From NCBI GenBank assembly GCA_964188305.1, contig OZ076885.1: a stretch of 64,000 nt of DNA; one strand, given 5' to 3'. Positions 49,303 through 61,660 of the stretch are shown here, in pieces; positions within the stretch are counted from its first letter, which is position 1; each line of letters starts with the position of its first letter. Source of the DNA: Podarcis bocagei. Lineage: Eukaryota. The notes under the pieces are model-generated. The model was not told where the DNA came from. It made no database searches and saw only the letters and a list, made by a program, of their open reading frames with translations. The position numbers were made by a program, and so were the translations under genes.

Positions 49303-51360
49303 TAGCTAGCTCCCATAGTATTAGGCCCTGATTGAAGCTTGACTTCTTCTGGATTGGATGATTGGCCTGTATTAAAATTTCAGCTTCACATCCCTCCTTC
49401 AGAATTTTATAATAATTATATTATTTATATACAGCCCCAATATTCTGAATGATCTGAAAATACTATAACCATTTGGAGGTACACTTATGTCTAAAGAGAG
49501 GGCATAACTATTCCTTTAAATGTTTTCTCATATTCAAGGTGTCTTGGACTGTGTGTTTGTTTGTTTGTATGTGTCTGAAATTTCATATCTGTGGTGTAGA
49601 ACTACCTTCTATACATTTTAATCCCCATTCTCTTTTCAAGGTACACACAGTATGTCTCCCCTTTTAACTTTTCTCCTAATCTCTACATTTCTCTCTCTCT
49701 AGAAGCAAGGCCTGGAAAATCCAATCAGAAATTGGTTAGCTTTATTTGGTACGAGGTGTAGCTCCCAAACCTTCATCAAGGAAAATTCACCTCAACCAAT
49801 CAATCTTTCTAAGTTCACAGAAAGCAGGCTACAGTAGTAGTCCAGACCCAAGTGGTCTCAAAGGCAGACTTCATGTGTTTCCAGGCCTGAATGTGAAGGA
49901 ATACATAATGCCTTAGAATTTTCCATTCTGCTACAGACCCACTGGCTCGCTGCTTCTGGCCCCAGTTCAAAGTGCTGATGCTGACTTTGAAAAACCGGAA
50001 TACTCTAAAGCCTGCATGCCTTTGGGCAGCTTTCCCTAACCTGATGCCCTCTAATTCTTTGGGATACCATCATGCCTGACTATTGGTAATGCTGCCTGGG
50101 GCTGATGGGAACTGTAGTCCTAAACATCCAGGTTGGAGAAGGCTGCCTTAGGGGCTCCATCCTCCCATATTTCCCATTCCCTTCCATTTACGATGATGTT
50201 CTGCTCTTATTTCTCAAATGTTAGCCCGTAAGGGTGCATAGCTAGGCTTTCTATGTGACTTCCTTTGTAGATTCATCTGACCTTCACGTTGAGCATTTTT
50301 GGACTGCCAGGTGAAGTCCTGGCCTTTTCAAAGGCTTTCTTTGCTTACTAACTTGCAGCCAGCTGATCGTGGCTATTCTAACTTGTAGATTTTTATGTTG
50401 TTGCTCTGCCTGTGTTTTATTGATTGTTTTAATGATGATTGAAGCTTTATTGATGCTCCTTCAGGAATTACAAGCAAAGCATGGTTTTGGGTGACATCCA
50501 AGGGTTCCTGTCTACCAGCAGAATGGACTTCTGCTCATGCTGTGGGAATTGTTTTTCCTCTTGTTCCCCTGTCCAGCCCTCATCAGGAGGGCTGAGGGAC
50601 CCTCATAACAGAAGGGGGTTGGGGGGATGGTACTATGTGGGGGAGAGGAATGAGAACTCTTGTTATGTGTACAGAAGTCAGTTTACATGGCATTGAATGT
50701 AACCCATTGTTTGTTCACTGCACCACATGCTATTTCCCCCACCAAAATTTAAGAATTCACCCTATAGGTGCTGAAAGAAAATAAACAAAACCTTTAAGAT
50801 ACTGGGTGGGAGGGGAGGGAGAAGATACCTACACTCACCAGAATTCCAGATATCTTCATAATACCTAAATTTGAGTGCAGCATATCATATCATATCATTC
50901 ATATCAGCATATCATTCTCTATATTTATTGTATGGGAGCTCTTAACCTTATTTTTCTTTTTCTTTTTTGCATCCTAGGACTGCCCAAACATACTTGCTTT
51001 GGTACACTTTTGTGGCTTGTTATTTTCCTGCTTCCCCTATAGATGCCAAATCCTTATTTCACTCACTTTCATGAGCTCCAGTGAAAGTACACAACTGCCC
51101 TTAGGAAAAATGTCCCATTTTATCATTTTACAGTATGTTTTTCTCCCTTCTCTCTCTCCATCAACTATTTTTTAATGTAACTCTTGTGTTCAACTACTGC
51201 AAACATTTTCAGCATGCACAAATCCAGGAAGATACGAGCTTCAAACAGTTATTTCTGATTTCTATATGCAGTCATCTATCACAGAGCGGCTGTACATAAG
51301 ACTTCCCTCACCCCCTCCAACAGTTCATGTTCTACTGATATTGCAATTCCAGAGGGGCTT

Positions 51361-51663
51361 TAGAATCATAGAATCATAGAATCATAGAGTTGGAAGAGAC
51401 CACAAGGGCCATCGAGTCCAACCCCCTGCCAAGCAGGAAACACCATCAGAGCACTCCTGACATATGGTTGTCAAGCCTCTGCTTAAAGACCTCCAAAGTA
51501 GGAGACTCCACCACACTCCTTGGCAGCAAATTCCACTGTCGAACAGCTCTTACTGTCAGGAAGTTCTTCCTAATGTTTAGGTGGAATCTTCTTTCTTGTA
51601 GTTTGGATCCATTGCTCCGTGTCCGCTTCTCTGGAGCAGCAGAAAACAACCTTTCTCCCTCCT
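51361..51663 (-). mobile_element. Young CR1 3' fragment
   Basis: Reverse complement of ~36027-36322 with one visible substitution; (CATAGAAT)n tail. Confidence 0.97.
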
Positions 51664-52129
51664 TTGAAAACCTCAAGTAGGTATTGATTGGTTTAAATTT
51701 CAAAAAAAAAAAAATAAAAAAAATCCTATATTCTTCAGAGGCCATTGTAGGATACAAAAAGTCAAGAAAATTTGCGCTGCCCAAAAAAGAGATGTGAGTA
51801 AATCTACTGAAGATGATTTACATTTATTTATTTTTTTTAAAAAGGGCAAAGATGTTTTAGATCACTCATCAGTCCTATATATTGGTTGGTTAATAAAAAT
51901 GTTTAGGCAATCAGCATAGCAACAAATGAAATAGTTTGCTCGATGTTGTTCTTTGATAGAGAGGAACATGAAGACTGGATTTTGAGGAGAGCAGCCCATA
52001 AGTAGGGAGCCATCGCATAAAAGGCCGCCTTCTGAACTTCTCACAAAGGAGGCACACAAAGAAGGGCCTCTGATATTCCTTATGGGGAGAGGCAGTCCTT
52101 GAGATATTACAATCCTGAGCTATTTAAGG

Positions 52130-52479
52130 GGGATCCCACCTTCGTCGCCAGTGAAATATACTCAGAGTCGCAAGTGATTTCATGCTCTTTATTCAGCTCA
52201 TAGTGGTGAGGAGGAATGAATGAAAGTCCCCTCACAGTATCTGCTTTATATACATTATTTACACAATGGGCTGCACATGATTGGCTAATTCCGGAATTCT
52301 ACTGTAAGCCAATCAGGTTGTGGATTCACTTTATCTGGAGCAGGATTGGGTGGTTCCTGCCAACCAATCATGCTGCTGCATTGTTCTAGGACCAATCAGA
52401 CTGCTGCATTCTGAATCCTATTGTTCTAGGACCAATCAGACTGCTGCAGTTTGGATCCTATTCAACTCAGTACATAACA
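52130..52479 (-). mobile_element. Solo LTR nested in L2
   Basis: Minus strand starts TGTTATGTACTG, contains tandem CCAAT-box repeats, TATATAAA and a downstream AATAAA in U3-R order; the 3' CA terminus is unclear. Confidence 0.75.
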
Positions 52480-52668
52480 CCAGGCTTCATAGGTTAAAAC
52501 CAGCACTTTGAATTGAGTCCAGAAACTCACTGCAGCCAGTGCATTTGGGCCAGGGTTGGTGTTATATGCTCAAACCGCCTGGACACTGAATTCTGCACCA
52601 GCTGAAGTTTCTGAACCACCTCCAGAGGCAGCCCTATGTATAACATACTGCAGTAGTATAACCTAGAG

Positions 52669-52780
52669 CAGGCATGTCCAACTCCCAAGAGACTGTGATT
52701 TACTCCCATTATAAAAAAAAACTGGCAGTGATCTACTCATTGGATTGACCAAAGTTGTTGAGCTTTTTGGGGGGAGTCTG
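52669..52780. mobile_element. Internally deleted hAT MITE nested in L2
   Basis: 8-bp TSD ACCTAGAG at 52661-52668 and 52781-52788; ends CAGGC...GTCTG. Confidence 0.8.
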
Positions 52781-54286
52781 ACCTAGAGGTTACCAAAGCA
52801 TAGACTGCAGAAGTTAAGCTATCCCTGTCCAGATAGGGACACCAGCTGAAGCTGATGGAAGGTACTCTGCACTACTGAGGCCACCTGAGCCTCACATGAC
52901 AGTATTCACTTCCTGAAGCATTGATCAGAAATAGATGTGGGGGAAATTCACAGCACACCTTCAGATGAGCTACAAGAAGTGCTGCCTGTCAGTAGGCTAG
53001 TGACTTGTCCAATCAAGGGGCAGCAATTTTTTGCAACACCCAAAGGAAACTCCCAGAGGGAGGGGGGTGCTCAGGTTGTTTCCACACTGGAAACTTGTGG
53101 TGTCCTGCATACTGTTGGCTGTTACAAATATATGCCACTCCCACCCATGCCAGGCAGGGGCAAAGCTTTTTGTAACATCCAGACCCACTTTAGAAAACAT
53201 AACTTTCTATACATAAACTATTTGTATTGTTGAGAGGTCAGCATCCCTGCTGCTGCTGAATTCCTGGCAATTTGCATACCATTAAAGCATTAGCCATAAT
53301 GTTTGGAAAATTTAATTTTAAAGCTGTGCTGTTAAAAGATGTTTGCTGAATTGTAAGCATCTATGACAGCTGGGAAATTTGTTAACACTCTGATAGTTAC
53401 ACTATTTGTGCCTTAGTCTGGAAGGCAGTAAACAAAATCCCTTTTCACTTTACAACAATGAAGGAGATTTTAATGCAAGAGGAGGTGTTTAAAGACAACA
53501 ACAATTTTTATCACAGCAATGCAGTGATGAAGGCAGCATGTCTTTATATTTTCAATATTTCCCATCCATTAAGTTATCACTTTTATGCATTTATTTGCTT
53601 ATTTTTGGCTCGGGGGTGCAGTTTTGTGTGTGTTAATACATGAAAGAAGGGAAGCACACAATTCTGATATAATTCAAAAAAACATTTTCCTTATTGAATT
53701 GTTTTTCTTACTATTCCTCGACCTATCACGTGTGAGTCTAGGTCACCTCCGTGTTATTGCCCTTCTACAATATTCCATCACTTCAGTATGTAGTCATGTA
53801 CAAAACGAGGAATCAAGAATGGAAGGTGTATAATGAGAAGAAATAGAAGCTTGTTTCTCTTATCTGCCCAGATTACTGCCCATGTCAATGATAAGATTCA
53901 TAATGGTGGAAATGGCTCAGGATGCTTCCAGACTGTATGATTCACACACCAACAAATCCAGGTGTGAAACTAAAGGTGACCTGAAGCAAACTTGCTCCCC
54001 CCCCCAAAAAAAATGGGCTTCTTGTGATGAGCAAAGTGAGAGGGAAATGCCCTGGAAAGTGTGGGATAACACTTTCTTAATTTAATGTTGTGTAACTTCC
54101 CAGCAATAAGAACAGAAAGAATGCTGAATAAACAGCCAGTTTCATCTAACCTCCACGCAAACATTGTGGGAACAAATAATGATGAATACTCAGTAAACAT
54201 GTCTGGAAGCAACAGTCCATATACTATCAGTATTACTGAGAAACTGTAGCACTATTTGGGCATTTGACTCAGTTAAGGACAACATA

Positions 54287-54650
54287 GGGACGCAGGTGAC
54301 GCTGTGGTCTAAACCACTGAGCCTCTTGGGCTTGCCAATCAGAAAGTTGGTGGTTCGAATCCCTGTGACGGGGTGAGCTCCCATTGCTCGGTCCCAGCTC
54401 CTGCCAACCTAGCAGTTCGAAAGCATGCCAAAAAGAAAATGCAAGTAGATAAATAGGTACCGCTCCGGCGGGAAGGTAAACGGTGTTTCCGTGCATTGCT
54501 CTGGTTTTGCCAGAAGTGGTTCAGTCATGCTGGCCACATGATCCAGAGAAACAGTCTGGCTCCCTCGGCCTGTAAAGCGAGATGAGCGCCGCAACCCCAG
54601 TCGTCTGCGACTGGACTTAACTGTCAGGGTTCCTTTACCATTATTTTTTT
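54287..54650 (+). mobile_element. Sauria SINE, full length
   Basis: Head GGGACGCAGGTGACGCTGTGGTCTAAACC, B box GGTTCGAATCC, tail CCTTTACC; TSD AAGGACAACAT at 54275-54285 and 54653-54663. Confidence 0.95.
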
Positions 54651-57097
54651 TAAAGGACAACATGGGTATGGGAAATGGTGTAACCCCTCTCTCCACCACT
54701 GACACCTAGCCATACAATGCAAACACCTGAATGGAGAGAGGGAGACTTCAAGTGTAGAGACTTCCACACAATCTGGGATCCAACAAAGCGTGTCTGAGAG
54801 AAGGCTCCCTTCAGAGATCTGCACTGCTTCTTGGGACACCAGGGCTGTACTTGCTGAAGACCTACTTTCATGTTCTCTTTAATAATGACTAGAAAGCCCA
54901 AAGGCAGCTTCTGTGAAACAGCCACCCCCTGGCTAATGGAGGAACGGAAGGAACAAGGTAGGAACAACAAGAATCGCTTTACATATGAATAACAACAATT
55001 TAGTTATCAAAACAGTAGCGAACAAACATGACTTTGTACAGTTCTTTTCAAAAAATTTAGCCTCCTACGGTCCTAATAGTCTTTTTCCTGTGGTTCAGGA
55101 AAGCACAGCAACACTCTGCCCAGTGCCTGTATCCTTATTTCAAAGAGAATCATTCAAGCCGACATCTACCCTGTCAAGAGTCTTGACTTTGAGCTGCTAA
55201 TGCAGAATAAAAATCAATATATATTTTGATCATTTGATGAATATTTACTTCTTTCTTTAGCGCTCGGGGATTTCAAAATGAAAACTGCTGAATCAAGTCA
55301 TTTTATTTTTCTGTGTTTGTGCCAACACCAATTTACTACCCTCCAGAAAGTTCCTGAACAAGACATCCCAAGTGGCGTACTTGTTGGTTTTCCCTGTCAG
55401 TCATAACAGGGTGCCAGCAGGGAGCCATAATCATTTCCCTTTCATACTGTTAGTGCTCCAGAAAGCAGTAGCTTGATTTACTTCCCCAGAAAAAGTAAAC
55501 TTGTCTTATTTAGACGTACTGTAGAAGGCTAGAGTACTTATTCCTTTCAGGGTGTGCCTGAACTGATACTATCCATTAAAAGTTAAACGTTTGGGGTTTT
55601 TTTGTGGGGTTTTTTTGATCTCACAAGAAACAGAATTTATAGTTGCGTTTCAACGTAAGGAATTCCTGGGAACACTAAGAAAACAAAAAGCTTTGAAAAG
55701 GCATTTTCTGAAAAATGACAGTCAAATTCTAGCCGACTGCTATAATAAGCCCTTAGACTTCGTAGCATTACTGAGTATGAAAATGCATGCTGCTCCAAGA
55801 AAGCCTGGCACTTAAGATACTGTGAGTTTTATAAGAAATTTATGCTCATTTTTAATATAATGGATTAAAAAAAAATGCATATCTAAAGTCTACCAAGATC
55901 CGGTATTTCCACTTGGGTTTTGTTTTTTTTAAAACCCCCAATATTTGAAATAGAACTAGATTGCTTTAACAAGAACTGTAAATGCAAGCAATTTTGGTCT
56001 TGCAAAATAATTTTATACTGACTCAGTAGAAGGGCTTTAAATCAAACAGCATTTCTGTTGGTTCCTTCTTATAAATTAAATAAAAGTGGCAGTAGATGAC
56101 TTACAGAAGGCTGATATGTGCTAGTACAGTTATGAGATATTATGCAAACATATGTTTTAAATAAAATAAAATATTTAGATTGCTGAATACAAAGGCAATT
56201 ATGGAACGTCTTTGTTAAATTACATTTTTCATCCCCCCCCTTCCTCTTTCTTTTGGGAGGGGACCTGGAGATGGGGAGGGGGATTGTCCTGGAAACAGAA
56301 CCAACAGGAAATGATGCTATATCTAAAACAGCTGGAGACTGTAGCTAATATAAATTTACTTGAAAATAAAAATGCTTTATGCCTCTAGAGACAGGCTGTA
56401 ACATGCAGTAAAATAAAAGATGAGAATATAAACTTATTGTTAAATCCTTACTTTATGTCTGCATATTGTTCTAAGATGGTATTCACCACCAGAGAAAGAG
56501 TTGAGGGCTGGTTTTAAAACTCACACACACAAACACGCACACAACAATTAAATACATGTAAGGAATCTGAGGGAATAAGTCCTTTGCTTACAATTAAAAA
56601 AAACTGACAATTTTTACCTCCCTTCATATAGGCCAGTCACTTTAGCAGTGATGGTTATGTGATTCCACGATTATTGCATTATTCTAGATTGTCCAAATCT
56701 AACAGAAACCTTCTATAGTTTCACTTTAAGTGAATAATGACTCCGACTTTTCCACTTTACCTAAGAGGTAAAAACAAATGAAAATGACCTTTCTTTTAAA
56801 AAATCAATAACTGAGAATCTAAATATTTATTTTTTCTTGTGCCTAATTACGTATCTTTCATTTTTTATTCAGATTCATATTTCCTTGTCTCAAAGCTGAG
56901 TTCTGCTAATGGAGACTCCCTAATTATTTTTGTTTAGTATCACAAAATTATTAATTCTTCTAGAAATCTGCAGCCACCACTCCTCATCGTCCCCTTAGCC
57001 CAGTCCCTGTGCTTGCTAAACTCTCTTCTTTTACCTTTCTTCCTCCTCTGTTGCTAATCTCCCCAGTCTTTCATTCTTCCTGACATCTACTTTCTCT

Positions 57098-57410
57098 TAT
57101 GGGTGAAGGTGAAATTCAATTCTATTAGCATTTAAAACTGAATTTATCATATTTGCACTCTCCAAAATGCCATGTGAATCAAAATAAAGCCATCCTTTAA
57201 TCTGCACTTACTCTATTTTGCGATGCAGTTATCCAACAAATGTTTACAAAAAACGCATATGTTAAGTGAAACTGTGCATAAAAATGAAGATATTCGTGAA
57301 AACAACATTCAAAAATGCATTGCATTTGGGGAAATTGTTTGCAAAAATGTGTATATTAGTAAAAAGTGCATATAAAATGTTTTTATTAGGAGTAATTTGT
57401 AAAATGCTAA
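57098..57410. mobile_element. Old AT-rich DNA transposon remnant
   Basis: Degenerate repeats of the type TGCATAAAAATG / AAAATGTGTATATTAG, resembling squamate MITEs. Confidence 0.45.
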
Positions 57411-57533
57411 TGTTCAGCTCCTCTGAACACATGATGCCCCCTCATGCCCCTCATGTGTGAAGGAGGCTAAGATAAAGTGTACATCCATGTCTTATGACAA
57501 ATATGGGGGAACAGTTGCTAACAGAGTGCTGTA

Positions 57534-57741
57534 CAGTGGTACCTCCGGTTGCAAATGGGATCCGTTCCAGAGGTCCGGCCGGATCCCAAGGTTTTCACAA
57601 CCTGAGGATTACTGTTACACACATGTGTGCGGCGGTTGACTGCTTCTGCGCACGCACACACGGCAAAACACTTCCGGGTTTGCCGCTTTCGCAACCTGGA
57701 GTTTACGTTACCTGAGGTTAACGTAACCTGAGGTGCTACTG
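57534..57741. mobile_element. Tigger/pogo-like MITE
   Basis: TA TSD; TIRs CAGTGGTACCTC / GAGGTGCTACTG. Confidence 0.88.
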
Positions 57742-57744
57742 TAT

Positions 57745-58325
57745 TGTTGAAGCAGCATTGTTTGATCAATGGTGCCTCCAAAAATTTTTACACATCACTT
57801 GTGAAAACAGGCAAAATAATGCTAGTGTACTGGAATAAGCAAAGTTCACCAGTGTTGGAGAAATGATTCTTCAACATCAACTTCATTGGATGTTGTTCGG
57901 ATGCCTGATTATAGTCTTCCAAAGCAACTACCCTATTCCCAACTTAAGAATGGAAAGTGAAATACTGGTGGACAACAAAAGAGGTTCAAAGATGCTCTCA
58001 AGGCTAATCTTAAAAATTATAGTATAAGCATGGATAACTGGGAAACACTGGCCTGCGAGTGCTCCAACTGGAGAACAGCCTGTACCAAAGGTGTCAGGAC
58101 TTCTAAGAAGCACAAACTCAGGGTGAACGGGAGAAATGAGCTAAGAGGAAGGCACGTTTGGCAAACCCTCACTGTGATCAACTCCTGCCCGAAAACATAT
58201 GTCCCCACTGTGGAAGGACATGCAGATCCAGAATTGGCCTCCACAGTCACTTACGGATTCACTGCTAAGACTGTGTCCATGGAAGACAAACTTACTCGGC
58301 CACGAGTGACTGCCAAAGAAAAAGA
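57745..58325 (+). mobile_element. RTE-clade LINE 3' fragment, decayed
   Basis: Translation RMPDYSLPKQL...GGQQKRFKDALKANLK...DNWETLACECSNWR and a CPHCGRTC zinc knuckle; GAA-like tail. Confidence 0.85.
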
Positions 58326-58675
58326 CTTCCTTATCTGAAACAAATGGGGCAACCCACGAGTAAAAGAAGCACATAAGAACTTTCTGAATTATGATCATCT
58401 GCTATTTGCTTTGCTCATCAGTACAGCTCTGTTACTGCTTTATAAAAAAGTTGATTATAATTGATATTTATGGTTGCTTCTCCCGCATACGACAATCACA
58501 GTATGTCTTCTACCCAGTGAATAATATTTCACTCTCTGAACCCCATAGTTTACAGGACTCTCTCTAGACCACATCTCCCTACCCGACTCCATGATACGCC
58601 ACTCTCCTTTTGCTCTAACACAGACCTGAACTCCTTTGGCCACTTATGCCTCTCTTTTGCTTTCTGTACCTAGTA

Positions 58676-59011
58676 CAGTGGTGCCTCGCAAGACGAAAAG
58701 AATCCGTTCTGTGATTTTCTTCGTCTAGCGGTTTTTTCGTCTTGCGAAGCAAGCCCATTGAAGGATTAGCGGATTAGCGCTATTAGCGGCTTTTAGCGGC
58801 TTATCTGCTGATCGGATCAGCTGATAAGCGGCTTAGCGGCTTAGAAAAAGGGGAGGGGAGGGAAAAAACCCAGCAGGAACTCGCAAGACATTGTCGTCTT
58901 GCGAAGCAAGCCCATAGGAAATTCGTTTTGCGAAGCACCTCCAAAACAGAAAACTCTTTCGTCTAGCGAGTTTTCCGTCTTGCGAGGCATTCGTCTTGCG
59001 GGGCACCACTG
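58676..59011. mobile_element. Young Tigger/pogo-like MITE
   Basis: TA TSD; TIRs CAGTGGTGCCTCGCAAGACGAA / TTCGTCTTGCGGGGCACCACTG; internal TTAGCGG repeats; CpG-rich. Confidence 0.92.
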
Positions 59012-59341
59012 TACCATTCTCCATTCGTTCTGTTTCATCACAGGCCTCAGGACCCCATCTTTTTGTCAAGGGTGCTGGGATCTGTAAGAGGGAAGCTACA
59101 GTTTCCAGGTTTCTCTGGTGAAAGCCATATTCATTGAGCATGCTTTAAATGTATGGTGTGAATCTCCCCCACCCCCACCAAAAAAGGGTCCCCTCTTTTT
59201 TCTTCCTACAAAGTCCACCCTCCCTCTGTTTCAGTGTTTCCCGCCTAATCTCTGCAACTCTTTGTGTGGGGTAGAAATAGCACAGCTTTTATTTTCTGAG
59301 CAATTTGCACATCAAGGAAGTCTCAAATGCAGATGGTGTAG

Positions 59342-59873
59342 TGTGGCAACGTCGCCACGTGCCCCTGAATCCAGGGAGAAGAGGGGCAATTATTCTGTCC
59401 TTACCACCCACATTGGTAGGTCTCATCTGTTCCCAGAAAGAGATGGAAAAAGGGCTGCAAACGATAGGCGTCTAAAATCTTTGCAGGTGACCACTATTTG
59501 GCTATTTGCAGTATAGTAGTGCTGCAGAGAGCTTGCTGTGGAGACCATGCATTAAAAAGGGACTCAAAAATAACTTAAACAAGGTTTTAATAACAAAAAC
59601 AAAAACTCCTTATACACTAAATACATCAACAACTAACATGACCCAACTACCAACCCATCCCCCAGGGTATTGGGAGAGCTAGGTGCTGCTCCTTATATAC
59701 TATACCCAATTGCTGACACAGCTTAATCAATACAACTCAGCAGCACCTGCTATGTTTCACAGCTGTAAAGCTGGGTCTCGTTATTTTGCTCTGGCCCTTG
59801 TTCTGGCCCCTTAAAGACATACACATCTGGTGGAACAATGATGAACCTTTACAGTTAAAGAGACCATTCAACA
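59342..59873 (-). mobile_element. Probable solo LTR
   Basis: TG...CA termini, near-TSD GTAG/ATAG, TATATAA on the minus strand at ~59693-59699. Confidence 0.6.
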
Positions 59874-60346
59874 ATAGTCAGAGAGGGGGAACAGTCGGAG
59901 AGGCGGCTGCAATCAGCCCATGGGTCTTAAGTTCTGTCCTGCTCTAGAATGTAATTGTATGCTTGGCTTTGCTAAAAGGAAAACTGGCACATGGAGCCCT
60001 GTCAAAGATCAAGCTTTTTTGAATTGATAAATGACTTTGCACCCCAATCCTATATACTTTTATGTGAAAGTAAGGTCCATTGATTTTATTCTTCCCCATT
60101 AAATCTCTCACATTGCTATATATGCAGTAGAGCTCTCATCACCATCAACGCCAATGAAATATTTAACACCCCTCTTGAAACAGCCATTGAGATGGCAACG
60201 GACCTAGATTATATTCACATGCCAGTATTATGGCCTTCACCTACTGACTGCGAAAGCTTTCACAGCCCTACTCACTAATTGAACCGACCAATTCTGCAGT
60301 GCTGCTGCATGTGATTTGTGATATTATGCCTTTAAGTGTGTTATTT

Positions 60347-60518
60347 NNNNNNNNNNNNNNNNNNNNNNNNNNNNNNNNNNNNNNNNNNNNNNNNNNNNNN
60401 NNNNNNNNNNNNNNNNNNNNNNNNNNNNNNNNNNNNNNNNNNNNNNNNNNNNNNNNNNNNNNNNNNNNNNNNNNNNNNNNNNNNNNNNNNNNNNNNNNNN
60501 NNNNNNNNNNNNNNNNNN
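60347..60518. other. N-run (172 bp)
   Basis: Run of N. Confidence 0.99.
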
Positions 60519-61660
60519 AGTAAAGCATTAACCAACATTAAAAAATCTGATCTTCATGCATCACAAAACCCGCAAAGTTATGACTTCTATGTTATTTTTT
60601 TCCCCCAAGGCTGTAAATCACATAGCACATTGACGGTTTTAAGAAGCATTTTATTCAATAAATAAGTTACTTGAAATCCTTTAAATTTAAATATTTCAAA
60701 CAGTATTGAACTAAGAATTGTACATTACAGATTTTTATATTAAAAATAGTTTCCTGAGATTAGTTCTGGAAACAGTAAGAAAAAGATAAGGCAAAGTGCT
60801 ATGTCTTTGTAAGTTATGCTTACATAAATATTTAACTTTTGGGCTATACAGAAATCATCCTACGCTATGTTTCCTTTTTTCCTGGTCAATAATTCTGTGT
60901 CACTATAAAGCTTGCATAGTTCCCAAACAACAAGAGCTGTTCTGAATTTCATCTTGTAAGAACCCAAACTCACAACTACTGACTGTACCAATACCTGACA
61001 ACCATGGCAATTCCAAATTCACCTCAAGTAACTCTACAATTGGAAAGAAAGGGGGGGATGCAATCTCTTTACCCACTGAGCTCTAATCATGACATTTAAC
61101 CCCAGGTAAAAAAACAGAGTCTTGTTTTTGCACATAGTATGAACAATTGCCATTTGTCTAATGGAGAAAAACATACAGTTATCACAGTCCCTGAAACAAC
61201 CACCTTCTTTGAAAAATGTAATTCTTATGAGGTTGTGAACTCTAAATGCTGTTCTTTTGGAGGTTTCCGATTGCACTGATGCTTTTATAGGTTAGAACAA
61301 TGCATTCAATGGATCTGCAAAGGTGCTATTCCTTTATCCTCAGCTTTTGCTGATTCATGAAACCTTTTACGGTTTTAAACTTACCTAACTACCTGTTGTT
61401 TTCTGATTGTAATCATATTGCATATGTTGCATTTGTTTGTATTCTTAATTACTGTACATTGCCTAGAGAGGCTTGCATGACAGGCAATATATAATGATAA
61501 ATGTAATACATTTACATTAAATAAATATATTTTTGTTGATATATTGGTTGGGGTATTGTTTAGGGAGGTTTTTTGTGGGGTTGTTGCTATTATTGCTATT
61601 TTTTTTGTATCTTTATTTTAGATCTTACGATTTATGTGGATTTATTGTTCAGTTTCCCCT

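Larger units (their letters stand above)
52020..52905 (-). mobile_element. Decayed L2 LINE hosting two nested insertions
   Basis: Translation RLYYCSMLYIGLPLEVVQKLQLVQNS...EHITPTLAQMHWL is the L2 ORF2 C-terminus. Confidence 0.82.

Noticed and set aside
2490-55530. Scattered TACAGTA/TACTGTA as Tigger excision footprints
   Set aside because: About a dozen seen by eye, close to chance for AT-rich DNA of this length; cannot be called without orthologs.
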